Below, one piece after another: positions 28,934-40,613 of a DNA stretch of 48,732 nucleotides. The DNA is taken from contig NIVC01004358.1 in NCBI GenBank assembly GCA_002269645.1, positions 1 through 48,732 on the forward strand, given 5' to 3'. The notes below the pieces were generated by a model. That model was not told where the DNA came from. It was given only the letters and a program-made list of their open reading frames with translations, and made no database searches. Each line of letters opens with the position of its first letter. Within the stretch, counting starts at the first letter, position 1. A program made the translations under genes and the position numbers. This DNA comes from Macrostomum lignano (lineage: Eukaryota).

Positions 28934-29647
28934 GGCTGCCTAAATACAGTGTGTAGCATTGAGGAACAAAAAAGTAATCTGATTGATTGATTTTACAAAC
29001 TAAATTTGGCCTTTTTTGACACGAACGACTCCTCTTCTTCGATACTAATATTAATGTTATTCTTCTATTAATTCTTAATTAGTTAGCGATTTGTATGCGG
29101 CGGGTTTGTCAATCTGCTCTCATTTAAAATTAGTCTATAATTTGTCTAAAGCTACTCGGAGATATCAATTAATTATTAGCTGTGGGATATTATACTTCTT
29201 TTTTATTTAACACGCTTACTATCTCCGAAATAACTTTGCTATTATTATAAATTCCTTTCGTTTCTTGAGCCTTTGGATCTTTTTTGATATTTAAACAGTT
29301 TGTCAACTTATAAATACCAATTTTACAGTGCTGAAATAATGCCGGAATTAATGCAAAGCCACTCGTCACAAGAGTGCACTGATTTCCAGCAAAATTGTCA
29401 ACAAATAACCCAGTATAACAAACAACAAGCCTATGCAGCTTAATCTAAGTCGATTTTGTAACTTTGTTTTAATCATACACTTGCGTTTCAATGTTTACTC
29501 AGTCATAAATTGTTTAACACAATATACCTGTAATTCAACAACAATATACACACGTACAGAAAATTTAGCAAATACTTGATTAATCATTTGCTGCTAAAAA
29601 TGTGCATTTTGCGTTTCTTTGCGAACACGATACTAACGATTCGGCCC

Positions 29648-31085
29648 CGGAGCTTACAATCCAATTTTGGAGCTTTCAGTTCTCTGCTGGAGCTTTCAGT
29701 TTTCTGCTGGAGCTTGCAGTTCTCTGCTGGAGCTTGCAGTTCTCTCCTGGAGCTTGCAGTTCTCTCCTGGAGCTTGCAATCCAATCAAAAAGCTTACAGT
29801 CCTCTCCTGGAGCTTGCAGTGCAATCATAAAGCTTCCAGTTCTCTCCTGGAGCTTGCAGTCCAATCCTAGAGCTTACAGTCCAATCATAAAGCTTACAGT
29901 CCTCTCCTGAGCTTACAGTGCAATCATGGAGCTTCCAGTTCTCTCCTGAAGCTTCCAGTTCTCTCCTGGAGCTTACAGTTCTCTCCTGGAGCTTGCAATC
30001 CAATCAAAAAGCTTACAGTCCTCTCCTGGAGCTTGCAGTGCAATCATAAAGCTTGCAGTTCTCTCCTGGAGCTTGCAATCCAATCAAAAAGCTTACAGTC
30101 CTCTCCTGGAGCTTGCAGTGCAATCATAAAGCTTACAGTTCTCTCCTGGAGCTTGCAGTCCAATTCTGGAGCTTTCAGTTCTCTGCTGGAGCTTTCAGTT
30201 TTCTGCTGGAGCTTGCAGTTCTCTGCTGGAGCTTGCAGTTCTCTCCTGGAGCTTGCAGTTCTCTCCTGGAGCTTGCAATCCAATCAAAAAGCTTACAGTC
30301 CTCTCCTGGAGCTTGCAGTGCAATCATAAAGCTTCCAGTTCTCTCCTGGAGCTTGCAGTCCAATCCTAGAGCTTGCAGTCCAATCATAAAGCTTACAGTC
30401 CTCTCCTGAGCTTACAGTCCTCTCCTGAGCTTACAGTGCAATCATGGAGCTTCCAGTTCTCTCCTGAAGCTTCCAGTTCTCTCCTGGAGCTTACAGTTCT
30501 CTCCTGGAGCTTGCAATCCAATCAAAAAGCTTACAGTCCTCTCCTGGAGCTTGCAGTGCAATCATAAAGCTTACAGTTCTCTCCTGGAGCTTGCAATCCA
30601 ATCAAAAAGCTTACAGTCCTCTCCTGGAGCTTGCAGTCCTCTCCTGGAGCTTACAGTCCTCTCCTGGAGCTTACAGTCCAATCCTGGAGCTTACAGTCTA
30701 ACCCTGGAGCTTGCAGTCGAATCATAAAGCTTACAGTCCTCTCCTGGAGCTTGCAGTCCAATACTGGAGCTTACAGTCCAATCCTGGAGCTTACAGTCCA
30801 ATCCTGGAGCTTACAGTCCAATCCTGGAGCTTACAGTCCAATCCTGGAGCTTACAGTCCAATCCTGGAGCTTACAGTCCAATCCTGGAGCTTACAGTCCA
30901 ATCCTGGAGCTTACAGTCCAATCCTGGAGCTTACAGTCCAATCCTGGAGCTTACAGTCCAATCCTGGAGCTTACAGTCCAATCCTGGAGCTTACAGTCCA
31001 ATCCTGGAGCTTACAGTCCAATCCTGGAGCTTACAGTCCAATCCTGGAGCTTACAGTCCAATCCTGGAGCTTAAAGTCCAATCAG
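29648..31085. repeat. 20-bp satellite CTGGAGCTTACAGTCCAATC with an approximately 500-bp higher-order duplication and a homogenised right end
   Basis: Direct; the variant block at 29668 recurs at 30167. Confidence 0.93.
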
Positions 31086-32204
31086 TAACTATCCATTAAG
31101 CAGTCTATCGGAGCTTTGAAGACAGCTCCCAACTTACAGGATTCATTTGAATGTTAAATCAATTATGGGCTTACAGTCACCTTATAAAGCTTTAAGTTTA
31201 TTCTGGAGCTTATAGGTATTTACTAGCTGTCTTTTACATCTTACACAGCCACACAATTGAAAGAAATGAAGCACTATACCTCTATTTATTTCAGTTAATC
31301 ATCACGTCAGTTGATAAAAAATTATAATGTGTATCTTTTAGCGAAACAATTTATTTTCTTTGAATAATACCGTAACTGAAAGAAAAAATATTAAATATAG
31401 TTAAATTATCAGACAAATAAAAAACTAGGGCACTTCAACTTTGGCAGCTATTGAGAAATAATATGCCATGATATAAATTAACCGAAAATCGTATTGAATT
31501 AAAAGCGATTGCGACATGAATCACGTTGCAAAGACAGTTTTGCACTGTGCGTCCAGATTGTTAATACTCATAAAAACGTTTGAAGTTCGTCATTTCATGT
31601 GTCATATATAATAATTAATAAATATATTTTAACTAAAATCTGTCAAATGAAACAGCCCGATGAAAACGGTACTGGACCAAGAAGCGTCCCACAGCTACTT
31701 GCGTCGCCCCAGAATCGTTGCAGATAACACAGGAAAGAAGTTGACTCCTGACGACTCTACAACGACAAGATGTCACCGTAAAAGTTGCCAAAAAGTCGCT
31801 AAAGAGCCGCCTAAGAGTCCATTTGAGACGTTTCATTGTCCGCGACTCTGTAAAGACTCTGGGGCGTGCTGGAGTCGCTGTAGAACCACAGAGTTGCGTC
31901 CAAAGCGCACCTGTGTCACTTTATGAATTTCGCATTTATAACAACTCTATTTAGTCTACTTGAGTAGTCCAGTAGTACAACTTAACAACCGACTTAACAA
32001 CCGCCTCTCCGTCGCATTAGAGTCGTTAGAATCGTAAAAAGTCACAAGAGTGAGTCGCCTATAGTCAGTTGTTCACAATGATTCTTTAGCGATTCTTGTC
32101 ACGATAACGTTTTCAATGGGCTGTTTCCTACAGATCTAACGAAATCAATAACCAGTCTCTATACAGCTACTTAAGAGTAGCATATACGGGTTGTTCAAAC
32201 TCTG

Positions 32205-35200
32205 TCAATCAGTTGAAACGCCAAACGTGACAACCTGTTTGGCAATGCCGCACATGTTGAGGCCCTGGGCGATCTGCAGGTAGCCTGACATGCCCCAGTC
32301 GGAGCCCCAGGAGTTACGCACCAGATAGAATGGCACAATATCGCTAGTTAGATCGTAGCCAACAATCTGAACGGCGTGATTCAACTGGGTGTCGCAGTTG
32401 TGCACGATGGTGCCGTCTACGTAGTATTGCCACATGTGACCGTCCACTGCCACGGCAGCGGTGCCGCGGCGCCACAGATGGTCAGGGAGGGCGTCCTCGT
32501 TCGATACCATGCTGACAAGAAGCCGGTGACACGAGTGATAGGGCTGGTAAAACTGGGTCTACCGTAAAACGACAATTGACATTCTACTGTAAGTGACAAT
32601 TGACTACCAGTTGAGATTTGACTGTCAGTGAAAAATAACGGAGGACATACATGTAGATTACATTTAGATGGTGGCTAATGTTAATGCCATAGGATGCTAT
32701 ATATTCATATAATCTTAAGTCTTGGTAGGTTTAGTTCAGTTAGAGGCAGGGGCTTGTGTGCACCCTGGCACACTTTAAGCGACATTGTCGTCACACAACC
32801 GGCAAGAGGCATTACTGCCCATTCCGCCGACTCCCCTGAGCAGGCGCACAAGCGCGCGGATAGGTACGCAGTCACACGCACAGGCACACACACAGGAGTG
32901 TACAGCGGCCCTAAACTTTATTTATCGTTAGGGGCATGTACACTTCACTGTGCCTTGGGGGGTTGGCTCTCAAGGCTGTTAATTGCACGAGCCGAGCCAA
33001 GCCGAGATTCCAATTCAGCCCCAAATTAATGCGACTGCACTTGGAATCGAGCCTGGGCCGCTGGCACACCAGAGCGCTGCGCCAGACCACTGGGCTACGG
33101 CCCCCGCAAGTCTTGGCAATATGTGGCTAAGGGTCACTGACAGTCAAGTATCCTCGGCAGTAAAATTCTTACAATCAATATGATATTTATCGTATAATCC
33201 CATTAAAGCTTGACAATAAATTATATAAACAAAAAAGCTGTCGATCGCAACTCACTTCCGACACAGCACATTAGTAGTGCCAACCTGATAGCCACCAGTA
33301 ACCTGTCGGCAGGGCTCGTTTTTGCCAACATACGGATAGAGACTGTCTTGAACGATTCTTTTGCCACCTCCCTGCTGATGAAAGCAAAATAGAAATGTCA
33401 GATTAAGCGTCTGAATGTTTATAGATGAATCAGCTGCTTTCGAGTTTTTGTTTAGTAATTGAAAGAGCTTGATTGTGTCATTCAATTTTAAACTTGTTTA
33501 ATAAAAAATCACAACAATGCAGTCGTAATGGATCTTGTACAAGATTCAATTCAGTCTGCCTGCACGAGGTTCGACCCCCCTCCGCTTTAGTGTGTCACTG
33601 TTCGCTTTCACAAACTCGAAATTTCATATTTCATCGAATTGGGCAAAAGCTCGAAACTTTACATCAATAAAATTGACTAAATTAGAAAACTCCTCGTCCT
33701 CGACGATGTGAAACTTCGAGCTTGTGAAATTAAAGTTTATAAAAAGTTTATATCGCTACTCACTGAGTAGTATGAAGCGGTGTGACAGATATCGCCGCCG
33801 CCGCAGCCGGCGGAACCAGACGTACAATCTGTCACCTGTTGCACGCTTAAATCGGTTAGCGGGCCGTAAGCTCCGGCGGCAAATTCGCTCTCGGCCACTT
33901 CAGTAACTGCGAATGCCCAGCAGGCACCGCAGGCGCCCTGATTCTTCACTTTGGTCACGTCTTTAGAGTCGCGCCTGAGTACCATTTTATTGAGAAATAG
34001 GAAGAAGGACACGTACAATAATTACTATTGAATTTGTAACTTCATAGTAATTTTTAGTTCATAGTAATCGGATTTTAATTAAAACTACATAACCTACAAA
34101 AATCCCACATCGCTAATCGGGATTTTCGATATTAACTGGATAGGGAAAAATTTTGCCTTAAATTCAAAGATTTGAATGTTTACGCATCAAAAAGGATTGC
34201 GGTGATCGTGAAGTAAGCGAACTTTTTAATGGCCTACACTTTGCAAGCACTTCAGGGGTTATTCGATTTTGACATTGTTGGCCCAACACGGTCGATAAAA
34301 TTGGGGTTGGTAAAGAGCAGACAGATTGAATTAGCGGGCTTGCTTTCTATTAACAAACGCTTAGCCCCAGTAGTCCCTTCCCACCATTCTAAGCCCCCTC
34401 GACCAGCCCCCCCCCCACAGAGCTGTAGCTATTAGCTGTTTTTTTACTACACTCATATTCTGCCCGGCGCGTGTGGTGGGGGTGGGCGTGGCTGGGCGTG
34501 TGAGATTATCGATTTTTCTGGGTCACCGCTAAAATCAACAAACGTTTGGGTTTATCGCTGATTCTTCTAGCCAATAACCAAGGCCCTTACCAAAATTTAA
34601 AAAATGTTTGTTTAGTAGGACCAATAAGGCTGTACTCGTAACTATGAAGCTGTACTATGATTGGCTGTTACAATTAGTCAACAAGAATTGCTCGCCGCTT
34701 TTAGGCTCTGTAACGTAACTTTGTAATTCCAGAATTGAGAAAATAACCTAAAATATAGGACTCGATAAACTTACCAATCAATGCGATTCGGACGGGCTTC
34801 AAATGAGAGCACATCGGGCGAAACAAAATCGGATCTCTTTTTACGCAATCCGTCGATCTTGGGCTCAGTTCCCTCGTTATTGACCTTTGTAGCACTGGCA
34901 TTCACAATCAGAGACGATAGGTAGCGCTCTAAATAATACAATAAATAAATGACGCAGACTACTGATTTTATATATAACTCATAACGAACATTTCTAATGC
35001 ATTTGACAATATTGGATGCACATGGAATTAAGATATGAATTTTACAAGCTCATTATAAATATCAAAGTGATTTGGAAGAGTTATAATTGACAATTACATT
35101 TAGTCGAAATTAGGGATTCCAAAATCCCGACATTTTACAATCCCGGGATTTAATAGTCCCGAAATCCCGATGCTGTTGAAATCCCGGGATTCAAAATCCC

Positions 35201-36919
35201 GGAATCCCGGTGCTTTTGCAATCCCGGGATTAAAAATCCCGGGATTCGATTCCCAAAAAAATCCCGGGATTCAAATCCCGGATTTTTGGCCCCAATCCCG
35301 GGATCCCGGGATCCCGGGATTGGAATCCTAAGACGGACTGTGCGGCGTGCCGCGTGCAGTAGTCATGGTCTCGCGACTCTCAGAGTCTCAGGGCCTTTTC
35401 ATATTACCAATTCCAGAACCAGAATCGGTTCGGAATTCCAAGAAAAAACAGCAGTATAACTATTAAACTCTGTTAATATTTGACTGCCTTAACGGCCTCA
35501 CTTTGCACGATTTTTCACTTTCTTTTTGGCGACTGTCATTCAATGATAAAAACTTTATAGCACGTATCTCCCTCTAGTTATGGAGACAAAAAGTTATACT
35601 TCACAAATTGGTTCTGGTTCTGGAGCCAGAGCAAGCAATATGAGAAGGCCCTCAGTCTCGTCTCGTGGTAGAAAACGAAAAAAGGTTAAAATTATCTATC
35701 ATTTACAGTTCACATTAACAATTTTTGGCTCAATTAGGACAGGAGCTTTGCAAATGTTTAACGTTTCATTGAGAAACAGCAAAAACAAATAAATGTTTTA
35801 TTATTCAAAAAAACGTTTAGATTATAAATTATCTAATTTAGGCATTGAAAGGTTGTTCTAATCCCGGACCAATCCCGGGATTAAGGCCTTGAAATCCCGG
35901 GATCCCGATCCCGGACTTTTGCAATCCCGGGATTAGAAATCCCGGGATTCGATTCCCAAAAAAAATCCCGGGATTCAAATCCCGGATTTTTGGCCCCAAT
36001 CCCGGGATCCCGGGATCCCGGGATCCCGGGATTGGAATCCCTAGTCGAAATGACGAAATTCTATAGATTATTACTTCACTCAATGATATTGAATTGCGTT
36101 ACAGTTAATATTCCTGCAACAGAATTTATAGGAGCAATCGATACTCTCAAGCTATAAGAAATTTATTCTCAGTGCAGAGATTTGCTGGCAAGAAGGCAAT
36201 CACATAGCAGGTTTGAACTGTGCTTTTTTATAATCAGAAGAAATACATTAATTGCGAGTCAGTCAATAAATTCATCAGCAGGTACGTAGCAGCAAGCTTG
36301 ATGCTTAAATCTAATTACCGCGAAATTCAGTTGGGCTTAGATGCATAAACTTGGTAATGCCATATCTAGCGGCGCCTTTGATGCCGCCACTGGGCTCTTT
36401 GCCCAATAGGCGAGCCTCTATGAGAGTAGCCACTGTTTGCAAAATTTTCCTGTTTTAGTAATAAAAAGTGCCATCTAGTCACAGTTATAAATTAAAGATC
36501 CAGATAAGGTAAAAACAGATAAAAAGGGTCCATTTAAATTTAAAAGAAGCTATAAGACAATTAAATTTAATTACCCAAAATATCTGCTGGCGTTTAGATA
36601 GGCCACTAGCTAGGCCATCGGCGGCGTCAATCTTCGCGCCCAAATCGATGTACTTTTTGAATAAACACGCCGCCACGCCGTGCGACAAGCAGCGCCTACC
36701 CAGGCCTAATTTAGTGCACCAACCAATTAACTGATACAGATGATCGTTTAAAGGCAGGCTAGCGTTGCAAATACCGGCATGAAACTGACGACTATTTTCC
36801 TCTGTGAGATGCTCATTATCAATTCCGAAGAGTCTTCTGTGCCTGCTGGCAGTGACTCCAGAATGACACAAAAATACGATAATTAGTGCGAGTAATAGAT
36901 TTCTTTGCTGCCAGGCCAT
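32205..36919 (-). CDS. CTSO: Papain-family (C1A) cysteine protease, cathepsin O-like (about 421 aa). Exons: 36575..36919, 36319..36449, 34775..34928, 33764..33974, 33256..33374, 32205..32511, with one extra base at about 36441-36444
   Basis: Signal peptide; propeptide RQQIFW-(ENLQ) and ARYGITKFMHLSPTEF; mature IDW-RD, NQGACGACWAF, LSVQQVTDC, NHAVQIVGY, VRNSWG, NMCGIA. The catalytic Q/C/H/N residues are intact. Splice phases match apart from the one homopolymer indel. The O-subfamily call is by eye. Confidence 0.85.
32726..33107 (-). mobile_element. tRNA-derived SINE (about 382 bp) in the last cathepsin intron
   Basis: Minus strand 5' GCGGGGGCCGTAGCCCAGTGG (A box) and GGCTCGATTCC (B box). 9-bp TSD AAGTCTTGG at 32717-32725 and 33108-33116. 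It does not fold into a complete tRNA. Confidence 0.75.
35111..36043. mobile_element. Non-autonomous hAT-type DNA element (933 bp), composite of two ATCCCGGGAT-rich arms
   Basis: 12-bp perfect TIRs TAGGGATTCCAA / TTGGAATCCCTA. 8-bp TSD GTCGAAAT at 35103-35110 and 36044-36051. Confidence 0.85.
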
Positions 36920-37534
36920 GAATAGTTGGCTGAAAAAGATTTAACAGTATTCGATATTTTTCGATACTTCGCAAAACAAAAATCCGTTAGAAAAAAGAAA
37001 CTTTAAAAACTTAACTATTTAATTTTGACACTACTGGCTACTGCCCCTCCATCTAGTCTTGAATAGAACAAGTTTATCATCAGGTATAAGTGCACCCACA
37101 CCAGTCGCTTAACCGAAATAAATCAAACCGAATCAGCCGAACCAAGCCCAAACCCAAGCCATAGAAAAAATCGATTCATTTGCTATTCTTATTAAAATAG
37201 AGACGTTGGTGATGGGGGCGGGTCGCAGCTGTGCAGGCGCTTAAGTGGGATTGGCTGAACTATCGATTTAAATAATTTTGTTTTTTAACTTGGAAGGGTG
37301 GGAGGGGCTGAGGGGTGATTTGAGGTGTTAAGTAACCACGACCATAGACACTTAAGCGAAGACAGGGTGCACTGAATGTATATAAGCTGTTATTTCCCTT
37401 CCTAAATCATTTTCTTTACCCCCCCCCCCCGTTTGACTAGAAGAGAGACTTAACGCCTTAACAGCCTAAAGCTTCTGGCTCAAGCTCAGTTCTTTTCTTC
37501 ACTGAAAACAAACAAAAAACAAAGTCCAAAAAGG
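36920..37534. promoter_or_regulatory. Putative bidirectional promoter between the divergent cathepsin and CPEB genes
   Basis: Head-to-head ATGs about 615 bp apart; GGGGCGGG, ATTGG and TATCGAT motifs at about 37213-37267. Confidence 0.45.
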
Positions 37535-38901
37535 ATGAACGGCCAACAGCCTTACTTTCCGACGCAGCTAGGAAACGTTGGATTTGCGGACTTGGCAGCG
37601 TATCAATATCTGCCGGCTGCCTACCTCGCCCATCTGCCACAGCCGACTCTGCTGCCTGCAACACTACCAACGTCACAGGTGCCGCCGTCACAGTCAGCGC
37701 CAACACCAATCTATACGGGCAACGACTTTGGCAGCAATCAAATCACTTCAATCGCTCCAACGACGCAGACAAAAAATGAAACTCGTCTTCCAACATCAGA
37801 GGATGAAAATTCTGCCGGAGCCGCTGCCGCCACAAATTCTAACTGGTCGGTCGACGAACTGGTTAATCAGCTACTTGCGTCGGTTGATCCTGGGGCTTGG
37901 TCATCATGGGGTCTCAATCCCGAGAACAGTCTAAGCGGCGCTGGTGACGGCTTTAGTAGCGCTACTACGGAGATTCAAACCTCTAGTGAAAACAGCGCCA
38001 CGAGCTTTGATAGCGGCCACAATGGAACAAACCGTGCTCGCAGACCGAAGCCAACACCTAATAGAAGCGAAAAAGAAGCTGTTTGGACTGGCACTATGCC
38101 AGTTCGCGTTTACAAGAATGCTAGATTCTCGCAAAAGGTATTTGTCGGCGGCCTACCGTTGATGGCTAAACCTGGCGAATTACAGAAGGCCTTCAGCGCC
38201 CTCGGTAGCACTCGAGTTATTTTGCCGAAAACAAAGAGTCCAACGGGAAGCAACCAGATCTACGGCTATTGCCACATCGTTCTTAAGGATGGCAAGTATG
38301 TCAAGAGGCTTCTGAGCCGGTGCCAGAAGAACGTCGACAATCCTGACGATTCTATCATGATGATAGTGCAGAGCTACGAATACTTCTATGAGCTGCAGCT
38401 CAGCAACGTCAAGAAGAACGTTCAGATCATACCTTGGTGCATCAATGATTCTCACTACACCCACCAGATGAACAGCGGCGGTGAAAAGCACGTTGTCTTT
38501 GTCGGCGCGCTGCACGGCATCATGACGGCGGAGTTCCTTGGGCGCGTGATGTCCGACCTATTTGAAACATTGAGTTCGTCACGTTGGACACAGACCGTTG
38601 CGATTATCCGATCGGCAGCGCTAGAGTGGGCTTCACCAGCCGCGAGTCCTACATGAAAGCGCTGAAGACGAACTTTGTTAAGATCAAGACCAGCCGTTTC
38701 ACCAAGGTTGTGCAAATCGAGCCCTACTTGGAGGACTGCGCCTGCTCCATGTGCGCTCAACGCATCGGTGTCAACTTCTGCAAGTCTGAGATGTGCTTCC
38801 GCTACTATTGCGCTCAGTGCTGGGAGCGCGTACACGACGGCCTGGACAGCCATAGCATGCTGGAGCACCAGAAGCTGAACAAGAAACGTCAGGAAGAGTA
38901 G
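37535..38901 (+). CDS. CPEB1: CPEB1-like cytoplasmic polyadenylation element-binding protein (RRM1-RRM2-ZZ, about 455 aa). Single coding exon with a 1-bp frameshift at about 38564
   Basis: KVFVGGLP (RRM1), VFVGALHGIMTAEFL (CPEB1-type RRM2), YPIGSARV...VQIEPYLED, and ZZ CSMC...FC...CFRYYCAQCW...H. Adding one G (TTT GGA AAC ATT GAG) joins the two ORFs. Confidence 0.88.
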
Positions 38902-40613
38902 AGAGCAAAGACGTAAGCAGCGAAGTTTGAAGGGGCTGAAACTTGCTAAGGGTTCACTAATTATCAACCTTGATTCAAACGCTGTTGCTGAAAAACTCGA
39001 AAGCTTTTTCTGAAATAGTTCCGGCATCTTTTTAACTATTTAAAAATGTTTTTAGACGAATGCGGTTATTTATATAGCACATTCTATACTCTATAGTAGC
39101 AACTACTACAGGCTCAGTAGGAAAATTTATTGTCATTTTTAAAGTTTTCTTATTAGCCTTCTTAACCAAAAGCACCCTTTATAAAGATGTTAGCACTCCG
39201 AAAAATAGTTTTATGCCAAATTAAAGTAAAAATCCCAACTAAAATATTTTATCCTCATTCTCATGTTTTCTGCTTAAGCCTATTATTTGCAGTTATGGTT
39301 TAACGACAAGCAAGCAGGTTTTATCCTATTAAACATTGTGCGCCAACATTTGTTAAACGTATTGCTTTTCACGTGCTTATTCTATGCTAAATTAACCATT
39401 TTTTTATAATTTATTAATCTGTTACGCACCAGATGTGCTTTTTTCAGTACCAAACCATCTTTATTATTTTATCTTACTCGCCCTAGATTCGACTGCCTAA
39501 ACATTGCTGTTATCCGTTTGTTGGTAATAATTTTAATCGGTAGAATATTGTTTTTTTCTGCATATTTTAGTTTTACCAACGCAAAATTGTCATTTGTCTA
39601 AAGTTTTTATTAATATTTGCTAAATGTTTTACCGGAAGCCAAAAATAGTCTGTTTTTACTAGATTTTCCACCCCTGTTTAGCAAAGCTTCAATGATTTTT
39701 TGATGTTTCTGCCAGAATTTATTGATAATTCTAAATTAATATAAACTAACAACAATATCGCCTAAGCTTCAAGTTTCGTTTCTAATCAGAAGCAAAATTG
39801 TCTGTTACTCAGTTTCTGTTTCGAAGATAAAAGAAAAAAACGAAACACCTTGGGTTAATCATTTTTTATTCAAAAACCAATTGATTTGGTTGATAGCGAG
39901 AAACCTCATTCAATATTATTGAACAATCAAGTGAAACAGAAATGAACAATCAACCAGATTAAATAAGCGCAGGTAGGTAGCGAAGTTTTACAATTTGGGT
40001 AGCCGTGATTAGATTTCTTGGGCAGACTGCGACCAGAAGAAATGCAGAAGTTGAGCACAACAACTCAATCATTAAAAGCACTTTTAAATGGGACCGGAAA
40101 ATGTTTCAAAAGCCAGTTGCTTTCAGAAAATGCAATAGAAAGGTTTTTCATTTTAAAACACTACGAGACAATTACTAGACAGATTTTACCGATTTCAATT
40201 TAATCCATGTAATTACGTCACAACTGCTTTTTATCTCCGTTGTGCATTTCATCCCAGCGAAGGCTGAGGTGCCGGATTTTTAAGAATAGGCGGAGAGACA
40301 ATTAAGACCAGCGTAATTGGGGTGGTGGGTTTGGGTGTACATTGGCTGTGTACATTCGCGATAAGGTATAATAAACAATTAACGGACTAGATCTCTCTGC
40401 TCTGCAAGGGTTGAGAATAACGCTAGCGGAGTCAGGGGCTTAGCCAGGATTTTCGATTAGGTCTTTGAAGGGCTGGACATTCATTTAAACAAACGTAAAT
40501 AATGATGGATTTTCAATAAAAAACTGGATTTCTATCGCATTTTCCAACCTTCAATCCAAAATTAGAAGTTTTTAAGCATTCTCTATTTTAGTTACTATAA
40601 GAAGTGAGGCTGC

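Noticed and set aside
33030-33107. tRNA gene
   Set aside because: A and B boxes are present, but the acceptor and T stems do not pair and the sequence continues into a TSD-flanked body. Called a SINE instead.
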